A stretch of DNA of 64,000 bases from Minisyncoccota bacterium (GCA_025449695.1 JANWIW010000030.1:1990-65989); one strand, 5' to 3'. Counted from the first letter of the stretch, positions 9,796 through 19,861 are shown. Numbers and translations are program-made. The notes: generated by a model not told the origin, from the letters alone.

Positions 9796-9853
9796 CTGGC
9801 TGCCAGTAATTCTGTGGTTTCCCTTCTAAATTGCAATTACTAATTCCTAGTTG

Positions 9854-11596
9854 CTAGCTCTCTCCCGCCTGTTCCCGCCACATGGCGGCGTAGAGGCCTC
9901 TTTCTCCGAGGAGTTCGGCGTGACTCCCGGACTCCACGACCCTGCCCTGTTCGAGGACATAGATTCGCCGCGCATGCTGGACCGTGGAGAGCCGGTGTGC
10001 CACGAGAATGGTGATGAGTTGCGGCCTGATCCGGGAAACCTCCCGAATAGTCGCAGTGATCTCCCGTTCCGTCAGGGAATCCAGGCTGGAGGTCGCCTCA
10101 TCGAAGATGAGGAGCTCGGGGGCGCGCAAGAGCGCCCGGGCGATCGCCAGGCGCTGGCGTTCCCCGCCGGAGACCTTAATGCCGCCTTCGCCGATCTTAG
10201 TACCGAGCCCTTCCCGCCCCCGCTCCAGGATCGGGAGCGCAGCCGCCTGGCGAAGCACGTTCAGGCACTCTTCGTCGCTCGCGTCCGGCCGGACGAAAAG
10301 GAGATTTTCCCGGATGGTGCCTGCGAAAAGCTGCGTCTCCTGCGCCACCATCCCGATTTTTTTCCTTACCTCGGAGGGATCGATTTCCCTGGCATCGATG
10401 CCATTCAGCAGAAGCTGTCCATTGGTCGGCTGATAGAGGCCTGCAATAAGTTTCAATGCCGTGGTCTTGCCGGAACCAGATGGCCCGACGAACGCGACCT
10501 CTTCGCCCGCCTCGATGCGCAGGGAGACATCGCGCAGCGCAGCTTCATCCCGCGACGCGTACGCGAAAGAAATATTGTCGAATTCAATGGACCGCAGCTG
10601 GCCAAGGAGCTTCGGTAAGTCGGGCCTCTTCTCCGCCGGCATGGTCAGGATTGCTTCAATAGCCTCACCCGACGCTTGTGCCTCCTGGAACTGCGAGGCG
10701 ACGGTACCTAACTCGGTCAGCGGTCCGAATACGAAGAACGAATAGATGAACAGGCTGAAGAACTCCCCCAGCGTGATGGCGCCGCGGAATATGAGCCATA
10801 GCATGAGGAGTAATAGGATTGATCGCATCGTATTGACCAGGCTGCCCTGGATGAAGGACAGTATTCGGACTAGTTTTATCTTCTTCAGTTCCAGGCCGAG
10901 TATCTTCTCATTTGAGGCGTTCAGCCGGCCGATCTCCTGTTCCTCCAGGCCAAGGCTTTTAACGAGCTCGACATTGCGGATCGTCTCCGTAGTGGAGCCG
11001 GCCAGATCGGCGGTTTCTTCCACGATGCTTTTCTGGGCGGCCTTGATCCCCCGGCTGATGTAGAACATGGAAAGGCCGATGATCGGGATCATCGCAAAAT
11101 AGAGCAGCCCTAAGAGCCAGTGCACGGTTATGGCGTACACGACGACGAAAAGTATGCCGACGACCGCCAGGAACACTCCGTTCACCGCGCTTGCGATGAA
11201 GATCTGGAAGTCGGTACGGGCTTTCTGGAGCTTAAGGAGGAGCTCGCCGGAACGCTGGTCCTCGAATACGGCATAGGGCAGAGAGAGGGAATGACCGATG
11301 CTCGTCGCGTAGATCCTCGCGCCGACCCGCTGGGTCACCACGTTCACGTAATAATCCTGGAAATTCTTGGCGATGCGCGAGACGAGGGCTACGCCCATGG
11401 AAGCGAGCACGAGGAGCAGCACGCCATGCAGGAAGGGACCGAAGGCAAGGCTTCCGGCGTGGCTCGCGTAGCGATCCACGATGAGGCGGAATATCTGCGG
11501 ATCGAGCAGGGAAAAGACCTGGTTCACGGACGCGAGGGCGAGCGCTAGGAAAAGGGTCTGTTTGTATTCGCGGATATAAGACCAGATGAGATGCAT
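9854..11596 (-). CDS. ABC transporter, fused permease/ATP-binding (MsbA-like exporter)
   Basis: 580 aa with six TM helices, Walker A GPSGSGKTT and signature VSGGERQRLAIARAL. Confidence 0.9.
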   Translation of the reverse strand: MHLIWSYIREYKQTLFLALALASVNQVFSLLDPQIFRLIVDRYASHAGSLAFGPFLHGVLLLVLASMGVALVSRIAKNFQDYYVNVVTQRVGARIYATSIGHSLSLPYAVFEDQRSGELLLKLQKARTDFQIFIASAVNGVFLAVVGILFVVVYAITVHWLLGLLYFAMIPIIGLSMFYISRGIKAAQKSIVEETADLAGSTTETIRNVELVKSLGLEEQEIGRLNASNEKILGLELKKIKLVRILSFIQGSLVNTMRSILLLLMLWLIFRGAITLGEFFSLFIYSFFVFGPLTELGTVASQFQEAQASGEAIEAILTMPAEKRPDLPKLLGQLRSIEFDNISFAYASRDEAALRDVSLRIEAGEEVAFVGPSGSGKTTALKLIAGLYQPTNGQLLLNGIDAREIDPSEVRKKIGMVAQETQLFAGTIRENLLFVRPDASDEECLNVLRQAAALPILERGREGLGTKIGEGGIKVSGGERQRLAIARALLRAPELLIFDEATSSLDSLTEREITATIREVSRIRPQLITILVAHRLSTVQHARRIYVLEQGRVVESGSHAELLGERGLYAAMWREQAGES

Positions 11597-11613
11597 AGAA
11601 AAGTTTCTAGTTC

Positions 11614-12198
11614 CTAGTTTCTAGTTTCTAGATGATACGGGTCGCGCTTTTTATAGAGAATGAGGCTATAAACGCCTGTCGTTACAATCGCGCCATAGAT
11701 ATTCAGCATCTCGTCGTCCACCGTGTCCGGCCCATCGCCGAGCTGTTTTTGGTAGTGGAGGTAATGGACATCGGTCATATATTCCTGAAACTCGTACAAC
11801 ACGCCTGCGAAGGCAGCCATAAGGACGGCAAGAGCGAATATTCCGAGAGTGACTTTTTTGAACGCAAGCCAATCCTTCCGTACCAAGTCGTGCACGACCC
11901 GCGCGGCCACGAGCCCGGCCACTGCGCCTCCTAAGAAATGGAGCAGCCGGTCCCAGTTGTCGAAGCGCGAGTAGAGATGGAACATATCCGAACTGGCGTC
12001 GAGAAGCACCATGCCGAACACTATCAACTTGAGCCACCAGGGCAGGCGCAGAAGCTCGATGATAAGCCATATCCCGCCCACCGTGAGCATGAGCCCCAGC
12101 CAGCTGTAATCAGGAGTGATCTCAAAGATCACTCCATACCGCGCCAGGATCTCCATCACGAGAAGTCCTAGAAATAATATGCGGATAATCCAACGCAT
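11614..12198 (-). CDS. hypothetical multi-pass membrane protein
   Basis: 194 aa with 4-5 predicted TM helices. It lies 17 nt downstream of the ABC gene on the same strand. Confidence 0.5.
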   Translation of the reverse strand: MRWIIRILFLGLLVMEILARYGVIFEITPDYSWLGLMLTVGGIWLIIELLRLPWWLKLIVFGMVLLDASSDMFHLYSRFDNWDRLLHFLGGAVAGLVAARVVHDLVRKDWLAFKKVTLGIFALAVLMAAFAGVLYEFQEYMTDVHYLHYQKQLGDGPDTVDDEMLNIYGAIVTTGVYSLILYKKRDPYHLETRN

Positions 12199-12228
12199 GG
12201 GATCAGGATGAAGGAATGATCATGAAAA

Positions 12229-12720
12229 TCAGTGAAGCTCGGCCATCTCCCGGATCGAATAATCAAGTACCTTATCCCCCTCCCCGAACCTGAAACTGCC
12301 CTCGAAGCGCTTGCCTTCAAAAAACAACGGCAACCAGTAACGGTCATCGGGCCACATCTCATCGTAAGGCACATCGGTACGGGCAAACCATTGCGGGCGC
12401 ATCTCCTCCGTCTCTTCCGGTTCTCCGGAAAACTCTGTCACGCGGAAGACGTGGACTTCCATATGGAACTTCTCCGGCGAATCGAAGTCCAGGACGCCAA
12501 CCTTATGCATTGTGACGGCATTGAGCCCCGATTCCTCTTTAAATTCCCGACGAGCGGTCGCCTCGATATTTTCTCCTTCCAAGACTTTCCCGCCGAAGCC
12601 ATTCCAACGGCCAGCCCCAAAGCTGCGCTTCTTGAAGCCCAGAAGAATCTTATCGCCGCGTTCCGCTAGGCAAAGAGTAGCGACCGTTTTCTCCATATCC
12701 TTCAGTGTAGCATTTACCAT
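12229..12720 (-). CDS. NUDIX hydrolase
   Basis: Nudix box GGKVLEGENIEATARREFKEESGL. Confidence 0.8.
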   Translation of the reverse strand: MVNATLKDMEKTVATLCLAERGDKILLGFKKRSFGAGRWNGFGGKVLEGENIEATARREFKEESGLNAVTMHKVGVLDFDSPEKFHMEVHVFRVTEFSGEPEETEEMRPQWFARTDVPYDEMWPDDRYWLPLFFEGKRFEGSFRFGEGDKVLDYSIREMAELH

Positions 12721-12755
12721 GACTATATTAATTTAAGTCCGGCATGACATAGATC

Positions 12756-12846
12756 AGAATAAATGCGCGGACATGCCATTCCCGCGAAGGCGGGAATTGA
12801 TTAGAGCGATGCTGGAGTGGATTCCCGCCTTCGCGGGAATGGCAAG
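12756..12846. repeat. pair of mirror hairpins (ATTCCCGCGAAGGCGGGAAT ... ATTCCCGCCTTCGCGGGAAT)
   Basis: Two 8-bp-stem hairpins with GAAG/CTTC loops in opposite orientation, between the nudix and exonuclease genes. The same TTCCCGC/GCGGGAA module occurs in repeat copy D. Confidence 0.6.
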
Positions 12847-12858
12847 GCTAAATCTACT

Positions 12859-13371
12859 TTAAGAAACCGGAAACATCTTCAGATAAACCTCGCGGAGCAG
12901 GCGGGCATCGTCCAGGGCGTGATGGCGCCTGTATTTGGCAGGTTCTATGCCGATCTCCTTACAGAAGCCGGCCTGCTCGTTGTGATAACTTCTCGGGTCC
13001 TTGCCGATCGCGAAGAGCATCGACGCGAAATCTATGGGCAGCCAGAGAAAAGGGTTCTCTTCCCCGACGAACAGCTTATAGAGATAGATCGCGTCGTATT
13101 GATTTACGTAAGAGATCATGAAGGGCTTGCGCTCGCCCACAAACTCCGCGATGCGGCGCCGGACCTCGCCTCGCGCAAGCTTCGGCTGATCGAGGGTGGC
13201 AAGAATGTTCTCCCGCACCCAGTCGCTCACCTCCCCGGCATGCTCCAGTTCCAAATAGAGCTCTTGCCCGTCCGCCTTCACCATTCCGACGGAAAGCAGC
13301 TCGCCTTTATAGGGGTCGAGATCGGAGAATTCAGTATCGACGAAAACAACATTACCGGAGGCTACCTTCAT
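12859..13371 (-). CDS. DEDDh-type 3'-5' exonuclease domain protein
   Basis: Motif VFVDTEFSDLD (Exo I) and HHALDDA (Exo III); 170 aa. Confidence 0.7.
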   Translation of the reverse strand: MKVASGNVVFVDTEFSDLDPYKGELLSVGMVKADGQELYLELEHAGEVSDWVRENILATLDQPKLARGEVRRRIAEFVGERKPFMISYVNQYDAIYLYKLFVGEENPFLWLPIDFASMLFAIGKDPRSYHNEQAGFCKEIGIEPAKYRRHHALDDARLLREVYLKMFPVS

Positions 13372-13416
13372 GATGCTGTATCTTACCCTTGTGTCATAGG
13401 ACGTTTTCCATCGACC

Positions 13417-16020
13417 CTATTTCCTCATGAGCTTCTGGTGTTCTTCGGTATTGAGCATCCCGCACTTCTTCCACTTTTTGCCCGAGCCGCAGGGGCAAGG
13501 ATCGTTCCGCCCGATCCCCGCAGGAGCTCCACCTGAAGGAATCGCGGGAGCCATGGTGATGACGTTGCCTTGGGGCGCTCCCGCGGGCGCCGCATTGGCA
13601 AGCTTAAATATGTTCGAAAAAGTCCATTCATCGAAGTTCCGCCACAGCGCATCGAAAAGCTTCCGGGATTCCTCGCGATACGCGACCAGTGGATCATGTT
13701 GAGCGTAGGCCCGGAGGCCGATGGATTCCTGGAGCGCTTCCAGGTCATCCAAATGGTTCATCCAGAGAAGATCGAGGAGCTGCAGCAGCCGCCCCGTCGT
13801 CTGGGGGTCCACCGCCGCTTCCACGCTGCGCTTCACGAGCGCATCCCGGAAATCCTCCCCGGCCTCCCAATCGGCGCTTATCTCTAAAGGAATAATACTC
13901 GCCTCGGCCGCCAGTTGCCGGGCGGTCTTAGGGGGCTCTTCGCCCTCGGTCTCCGGCTGGTCCACCGGCCCGGCGATGGATTGGAGATGGGAGTACGCCG
14001 CGTCGAAGATGATCTGTCCGAGCGTCTCAGGATTCATCGCGGTCAGGATGTTTTGCCGACGGCGATAAGCGGCTCCGCGCTGCTTGTTCAGTACGTCATC
14101 GTAATCCAGGAGGTGTTTGCGCATGTCGAAGTTCGCGCCTTCCACCTTGGCCTGGGCCTGGGCTACGGTGCCGGAGATCATCCGGTTCTGGATGGGCTGG
14201 TCCTCGGGGATGTCCAGGCGGTCCATGACTCCCTTTAGGCGTTCTCCTCCGAAGATCCGCATCAGGTCATCCTCAAGAGAGAGGAAGAACTGTGAAAAAC
14301 CGGAGTCGCCCTGGCGTCCCGCGCGGCCGCGCAGCTGGTTGTCGATGCGGCGCGCCTCGTGGCGCTCGGTGCCGATCACGCAAAGGCCTCCCGCCTCCCG
14401 GACCTTGGCCGCCTCGTCAGGATCGGCAGGATTGCCGCCGAGGATGATGTCCACGCCGCGGCCGGCGATGTTCGTCGCGACCGTCACTCTGCCCGGCCGG
14501 CCGGCCTGGGCGATGAGCGCGCCTTCCTCTTCATTCTTTTTCGCGTTCAGGAGATTGTGCGGGACATGCGCGCGGTGGAGCATTTCCGAGAGGGCCTCGT
14601 TTTTCGAAATTGAGGTTGTGCCGACCAGGACCGGCTGGCCCTTCTCGTGCCGCGCTTTGATCTCCTGGACAACCGCCTGCCATTTGCCGTTCGCGGTCTT
14701 ATAGATGAGGTCTTGAGCGTCCACCCGCGCAGTAGGGCGGTTCGGCGGTATGGTCGCAACTTCCAGCTTGTACACCTTATGGAACTCTTCGGCAGAGGTC
14801 TGGGCAGTACCGGTCATGCCCGCAATCTTCTTGTACATCCGGAAGTAGTTCTGGATGGATATCTTGCCGTAGGTGCGGGATTCGTCCTGAACCTTGACCC
14901 CCTCCTTGGCTTCGATGGCCTGGTGCAGACCGCCATTATAGCGGCGGCCGTGGAGCATCCGTCCCGTGAACTCGTCCACAATGATCACCTCGCCGTTCCG
15001 CACCACGTAGTCGCGGTCGAGCTTGAAGAGCGCCTTAGCCTTGAGGCACTCCTCCAAGTAATGGACCAGACGCAGATTTTCCGGAGCGTAGATATTCGGG
15101 ATGCCGGCCATCCGTTCCACCTTCTCGATGCCGGAGGCGGTGATGAGCACGGACTTCCGTTTCTCGTCCAGCTCGTAATCCTCATCCTGCACGAGACCCG
15201 CCACGAGCCGGGTAAAGGTTTTATAGTGATCACTCGACTCGGTGTCCGGGGCGGAGATGATGAGCGGAGTACGGGCCTCGTCGATCAGGATCGAGTCCAC
15301 CTCGTCTATAATGGCGTAAACATGGCCGCGCTGGACCTGCTGAGTAAGGCCGTAGGCAAGGTTATCGCGAAGATAATCGAAGCCGAACTCGTGATTCGTG
15401 CCGTAGGTGATGTCCGCGAGATAAGCCTCGCGGCGGGAAATGGGCCGCAGGAACTCCTGTTGGACCCGGAAGCTCCCGGTCTGGTCGCGTTCCGTGTCCG
15501 CCAGAACTTCTCCTTCCGGAGGGATCTTCCAATCCGGATCATAAAGGAAGGCCGCGTTCGGCACGAGACAGGCCACGGAGAGCCCCAGGGCGCGGTAGAT
15601 CTGTCCCATCCACACGGCGTCGCGGCGGGCCAGATATTCGTTTACGGTCACCACATGGACCCCTTCCCCTCCCAGGGCATTCAAGTACGCGGGAGCGACG
15701 CCGGCAAGGGTCTTACCTTCGCCGGTACCCATTTCTGCCACGCCGCCGCGATGGATGATGAGCCCGCCCATGAGCTGCACGTCGTAGGGACGCTGCCCCA
15801 GCGTCCGCTTTGCGGCCTCCCGGCCCAGCGCGAACGCGTGCGGCAGGATATCATCCAGGGACTCGCCCCCTTTTAAGCGCTCTTTAAGCCTGGAACTCTC
15901 TCCGGCAAGGTTGGCACTTGACAAATTTGAAACCTCGCCCTCAAGAGCGTTCACTTCGGCAACCACGCCCTCCAGCCGGCCCAAGGCGCGGCGGCGGAAT
16001 AAATCATCGAAAATCGCCAT
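13417..16020 (-). CDS. secA: preprotein translocase ATPase SecA
   Basis: 867 aa with DEAD-like motor motifs and the C-terminal zinc-binding tail CPCGSGKKWKKC. Confidence 0.95.
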   Translation of the reverse strand: MAIFDDLFRRRALGRLEGVVAEVNALEGEVSNLSSANLAGESSRLKERLKGGESLDDILPHAFALGREAAKRTLGQRPYDVQLMGGLIIHRGGVAEMGTGEGKTLAGVAPAYLNALGGEGVHVVTVNEYLARRDAVWMGQIYRALGLSVACLVPNAAFLYDPDWKIPPEGEVLADTERDQTGSFRVQQEFLRPISRREAYLADITYGTNHEFGFDYLRDNLAYGLTQQVQRGHVYAIIDEVDSILIDEARTPLIISAPDTESSDHYKTFTRLVAGLVQDEDYELDEKRKSVLITASGIEKVERMAGIPNIYAPENLRLVHYLEECLKAKALFKLDRDYVVRNGEVIIVDEFTGRMLHGRRYNGGLHQAIEAKEGVKVQDESRTYGKISIQNYFRMYKKIAGMTGTAQTSAEEFHKVYKLEVATIPPNRPTARVDAQDLIYKTANGKWQAVVQEIKARHEKGQPVLVGTTSISKNEALSEMLHRAHVPHNLLNAKKNEEEGALIAQAGRPGRVTVATNIAGRGVDIILGGNPADPDEAAKVREAGGLCVIGTERHEARRIDNQLRGRAGRQGDSGFSQFFLSLEDDLMRIFGGERLKGVMDRLDIPEDQPIQNRMISGTVAQAQAKVEGANFDMRKHLLDYDDVLNKQRGAAYRRRQNILTAMNPETLGQIIFDAAYSHLQSIAGPVDQPETEGEEPPKTARQLAAEASIIPLEISADWEAGEDFRDALVKRSVEAAVDPQTTGRLLQLLDLLWMNHLDDLEALQESIGLRAYAQHDPLVAYREESRKLFDALWRNFDEWTFSNIFKLANAAPAGAPQGNVITMAPAIPSGGAPAGIGRNDPCPCGSGKKWKKCGMLNTEEHQKLMRK

Positions 16021-16331
16021 CAGTGCTCGGTACGGTATTTCTCGATCTCGTGATGCAGCTTGTCCCGGACCGCATCTATGGCGGCATGGGCGTCCTCGTG
16101 CGTCTCCTCCGCATGCAGGTTTTTCTTGGGAAGGATGAGATCGGCAGCGGCCCGAAAAACCTCTCCTTTATGATGATGCGCGGTAGCACGCTCGATCGTG
16201 GCCTTTAGCTCCAGGGCGCCCAGTTCTTCGTAGCGCTCTATGAATTTATCAAGGGATCCGAGCTTTTGCCGGATATAAGTGTCCAAACTGCCCGTTAAAT
16301 CAAGGTTTTTCGCGGTTATATCGATATGCAT
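16020..16331 (-). CDS. hpf: ribosome hibernation promoting factor / RaiA
   Basis: Begins MHIDITAKNLDLT...DKLHHEIEKYR. The track ORF extends to 16421, but the start was chosen at MHIDIT. Its stop overlaps the secA ATG by 4 nt (ATGA). Confidence 0.85.
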   Translation of the reverse strand: MHIDITAKNLDLTGSLDTYIRQKLGSLDKFIERYEELGALELKATIERATAHHHKGEVFRAAADLILPKKNLHAEETHEDAHAAIDAVRDKLHHEIEKYRTEH

Positions 16332-16713
16332 GATCCGAATAGTATACCTTTTTCCCAAGAAAAAATGAAATTGCCGGAGGGCAATTTCATCTCGAGGCAG
16401 CAATCGAAAGCTCTCTTCCAAAGACCAACCCCCTTTCGGGGGTTGGAGAGAAGCTAGATCCGCTTCTTCGAAGACTTCTTGGCAGTCTTCTTCTTCGCAG
16501 CCTTTTTCTTTGCCATTGTTTTATTTTCGTTTTTTATTTTACATTGGGTTGCCGACCACCCCAATGCGTATCAGATGCGCGAAAATAATTATTTAAAAAA
16601 TTTTTCGCGCCTCTTACCACTTCTTACCTCTAAATTATATCACGTTTCGCACGAAAAATGCCCCAGGCTGTGGATAATTCGCCGTGATGCGTAAATAGAG
16701 ACGCATAGCGGCG

Positions 16714-17673
16714 TTACGATTCCTCCCAATGTAAAAGCTCTACCTCTTCGGTTAGGCGTATCGAAAATTTCTTTCGCACCTCATGCTTCACGAGCGACAT
16801 GAGCGCGACAACATCCTTCGCGCTCGCTTCGCAGACGTTCACAATGAAGTTGGGATGCTTCACTGAGATCATTGCCCCGCCAAAGGACACTCCGCGAAGC
16901 CCCGCCTGGCTCACGAGGCGCGCCGTGGGGATGACGGGAATGGGGTCAGTCTTCACGTTGCGCACGAGCTCTTTCCTGCGGGATCTCGGGATCTCGTCTA
17001 CGGGAACATTCTTGAAAATGCTGCCGATATTCGGGTATTCCAGGGGGTGGCGGGAATGCCGGTACTCCACTTTTTCCCGGATGCCGGCCCGGATCGCTTT
17101 GCGTTCGCCGGGCTTCAGTGAGAAGACCGCCTCGACGATCACCTCTTTTCCATTCCTTTCCTTAAAGATGCTCGACCGGTAATTGAAGCGGCACGCATTT
17201 TTTTTACGAACGGCTATTTTACCCGTACGGACATCTATACTCTTCACCCGGACGATCGAGTCCTTGGTCTCGCCGCCGAACGCTCCCGCATTGCCGCGGA
17301 TCGCTCCGCCGAGCGTTCCGGGCAATCCGCCGGCCCACTCCAACCCGGAGAGAGCCTCTTTCGCGGTGAATTCGAGAAGGTCGGATATGGACACGCCCGC
17401 TCCGGCGGTGACTATATTGCCCCGCCGCGTGAGCGTCATGACATCCGGCTTGAGGACGAAACCGCCGAAACCCTTGTCGGGGATCAATAAGTTCGTACCG
17501 CCTCCGAGAATAAAAAGCGGCGCCTTCAATCGCTTCGCCTCCTTCAGTCCCCTGCGGATGTCGCTCGTGGTCTTGGCACGCCAAAAGAAGCGGGCCGGAC
17601 CCCCGATCTTATAACTCGCATAGGCGCTTAAGGAAACATTCTCTTGCAGCATAATCAACAAGTCTGTCTTCAA
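16714..17673 (-). CDS. murB: UDP-N-acetylenolpyruvoylglucosamine reductase
   Basis: FAD-binding N-terminus YKIGGPARFFW and LFILGGGTNLL, with a MurB C-terminal domain. Confidence 0.85.
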   Translation of the reverse strand: MKTDLLIMLQENVSLSAYASYKIGGPARFFWRAKTTSDIRRGLKEAKRLKAPLFILGGGTNLLIPDKGFGGFVLKPDVMTLTRRGNIVTAGAGVSISDLLEFTAKEALSGLEWAGGLPGTLGGAIRGNAGAFGGETKDSIVRVKSIDVRTGKIAVRKKNACRFNYRSSIFKERNGKEVIVEAVFSLKPGERKAIRAGIREKVEYRHSRHPLEYPNIGSIFKNVPVDEIPRSRRKELVRNVKTDPIPVIPTARLVSQAGLRGVSFGGAMISVKHPNFIVNVCEASAKDVVALMSLVKHEVRKKFSIRLTEEVELLHWEES

Positions 17674-18088
17674 AAGAACAGGCTCCCCGGCAAGCTGCGG
17701 ATTTCGCCCGCGGGCGTGCTGTAAATAACGGTCTCTCCCGGCGCAGGCCGGATCCTGTGGATTTTTCGCCTCAGCGGGTCGCAGACAGCAGCCTCTTCAG
17801 CAGTATAGCCGTACGGCTGTAGTGTGGAGACTTTGTTTCTCGGCGGGCTGCAAATGGTGACCTCCTTTGTTTGTTGGTAAATGAGTGCTCTCTTCGCAGC
17901 CCGTCCAGAAACCAAGTGAAGGCCTTGCCCGCAATCCGCCGGGTCGCGATGTTCCGCGACCCGCTGAAGCGAAAATTGTAAATGAAAAGGATGCACGCCC
18001 TATCCCAACCCACGGAAGATCCGTACCGGCTCATCTTACCACACCTCGGGCAATACAAGACCCGCCGGGCGCGCAAGCGTGGCATCCA

Positions 18089-18219
18089 AGAAACCAAAAT
18101 CCCCCGTGAGGGGGATCCGGCCAAACAAAAGGATAGGATTTTCCTTAACCGTATGACCGCCTAAGGACGATCCACACTCATTCGCAGCCATTGTAGCACA
18201 GAAGGCCTTACAAAGTCAA
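18089..18219 (-). ncRNA. candidate small RNA (about 95 nt) with its own sigma70-like promoter and intrinsic terminator
   Basis: Minus-strand TTGACT (18219-18214), an 18-nt spacer, then TGcTACAAT (18198-18190). About 90 nt downstream is the hairpin ATCCCCCTCACGGGGGAT plus a U-tract (18116-18091). The region has no convincing ORF. Confidence 0.35.
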
Positions 18220-18360
18220 CTCCCTTCAGAAAGCCGCTTCTTTCCTCTCTGTCTGCCACTCCGGAAGCCAGCAGGCTATCCGGAATGGCAGGTCCGAGTA
18301 AAGCCCCCGATCTGCAAGGAAAAGAAAGTGTGACTCTTACCTCTTATCCCTCCAGCACCT

Positions 18361-18999
18361 TCATAACCTCGCCACATCGGGCTTTGGACGGAACACAAAA
18401 TACTTATAACCCAGAAAGTTCCACAGGAAGGACACGCCGATGCCTATGAGCACCCCCAGGTTCGCCCAGAGATTTTCGCCAATCGTGTCCGGTCGCGGCA
18501 GGAAATTCACGAAGCTCCCCGCAGCGGCTACATTCAAGGCCCAGCCAATGCCCGCGATGACATAGAAGCTGAACGCCGCCTCCGCACTGGTCTTATTGTG
18601 AGAATCAAAGGTCCAGAGCTTGTTCCAGAAAAAGCTGTTCGTTGTCGCCCCAAAGAAGGATATAGCCTTGAAGAGCACGTAAGCCGATCCCGCGGCTATG
18701 CCGGTGAACGCGATAAGGAGGTTTACGATGCCGATATCGATCATGCTATTCAGGGTCCCTACCGCGGCGAACTTCGCGAACTGGTAAAGCACGGACCACA
18801 GTTTGCCGAGAAGGTGCGCGATGAAGAGCGCGAGCGGAGCAAGGATCAGGAAGAAAAAAAAGAGGCCAATGCGGACCATAGGGGTCACCGCGAGGCCCGC
18901 CTGGACGATGGTCGTCTCGAGTGTCGAAAGGAGCGGCTGCACCAAAAGTCCTACCAGGGCGCCGATGAGTATAATAAGTCCCAGATCTTTTTTGCTCAT
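18361..18999 (-). CDS. GtrA-family membrane protein
   Basis: Motif FAKFAAVGTLNSMIDIGIVNLL...FFWNKLWTF and 4-5 TM helices. Confidence 0.7.
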   Translation of the reverse strand: MSKKDLGLIILIGALVGLLVQPLLSTLETTIVQAGLAVTPMVRIGLFFFFLILAPLALFIAHLLGKLWSVLYQFAKFAAVGTLNSMIDIGIVNLLIAFTGIAAGSAYVLFKAISFFGATTNSFFWNKLWTFDSHNKTSAEAAFSFYVIAGIGWALNVAAAGSFVNFLPRPDTIGENLWANLGVLIGIGVSFLWNFLGYKYFVFRPKPDVARL

Positions 19000-19252
19000 G
19001 ACATATATTGTACCAAAGGCGAAACGCGTCCTTTGGGAACGCGTTTCATATGGACGGCATGACAGGTCTCGCGAAAAGGGCGGGTGCGAAACCAGGTCCG
19101 ATCGGGCAAGAAGGATTCAAGAAAACGGAGTGTTCGGGCTTATAGCGCCCGAATAATCTTCCAAAACGGTCTAGCACTCAAGGAAGGCACCTCGGACATC
19201 GAACCCTTGCCACGCCGTCGTGGATCTACAGTACGTCTTTTAAATAAGTTAG

Positions 19253-19444
19253 TCAATCATGCTCTGGCGCGCACTTCCGAATGATGATCGGTATGGTGTT
19301 CGTCTCGCGGCTCGCGAGATATCCTAAGGCGAAACTGAACGTGGCGATAAGAAAGAAGAATCCTCCCAGGATAATGGCCTTTCGATGAGCGGCGTAGTAT
19401 TCGCGGACTCCGGATAACGCGCGTTTTATTGACATAGAAGCCAT
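19253..19444 (-). CDS. small hypothetical membrane protein (63 aa)
   Basis: One hydrophobic segment (AIILGGFFFLIATFSFALGYLA). No homology cue. Confidence 0.3.
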   Translation of the reverse strand: MASMSIKRALSGVREYYAAHRKAIILGGFFFLIATFSFALGYLASRETNTIPIIIRKCAPEHD

Positions 19445-19584
19445 TCCCGCTTACAATGATGCGGTCGGATAAAGAAACCTTAAAGAGAGTTCATCTAAAG
19501 GAATGGCGACCCTCCTTCGCTCCTGTGGAGCTTCGGAAGGGTGCTCATTTTTCTAGATAAATTCTTGGAAGAATTTAAAGAAAA

Positions 19585-19860
19585 ATGGCACATACAAAAG
19601 CCCTTGGCTCCACTAAGAACGGCCGCGACTCTCGATCCAAGCGTTTGGGCGTGAAGCTTCAGGATGGCCAGCCCGTCGGCGCCGGCCAGATCATCATCCG
19701 CCAGAGGGGCACCCGCTATCTCCCCGGAGATAACGTGGGCCGGGGCGGAGATGATACCCTCTACGCCCTGAAGGCCGGCACCATCGCCTTCTCTACTAGG
19801 ATCAAGACGCGTTTCGACGGCAATCGCCGTACCGCGACCGTGGTCACAGTGGAAACATAG
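19585..19860 (+). CDS. rpmA: 50S ribosomal protein L27
   Basis: [24 protein letters not shown]... is the classic bL27 N-terminus. Confidence 0.95.
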   Translation: MAHTKALGSTKNGRDSRSKRLGVKLQDGQPVGAGQIIIRQRGTRYLPGDNVGRGGDDTLYALKAGTIAFSTRIKTRFDGNRRTATVVTVET

Positions 19861-19861
19861 C

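Noticed and set aside
14647-15876. 409-aa plus-strand ORF
   Set aside because: Antisense to secA.
18230-18300. SRP (4.5S) RNA
   Set aside because: CCGGAAGCCAGCAGGC loosely resembles the CCGGAAGGAAGCAGCC helix-8 consensus, but the flanking GGAA-tetraloop stem does not pair correctly and the strand context is wrong.
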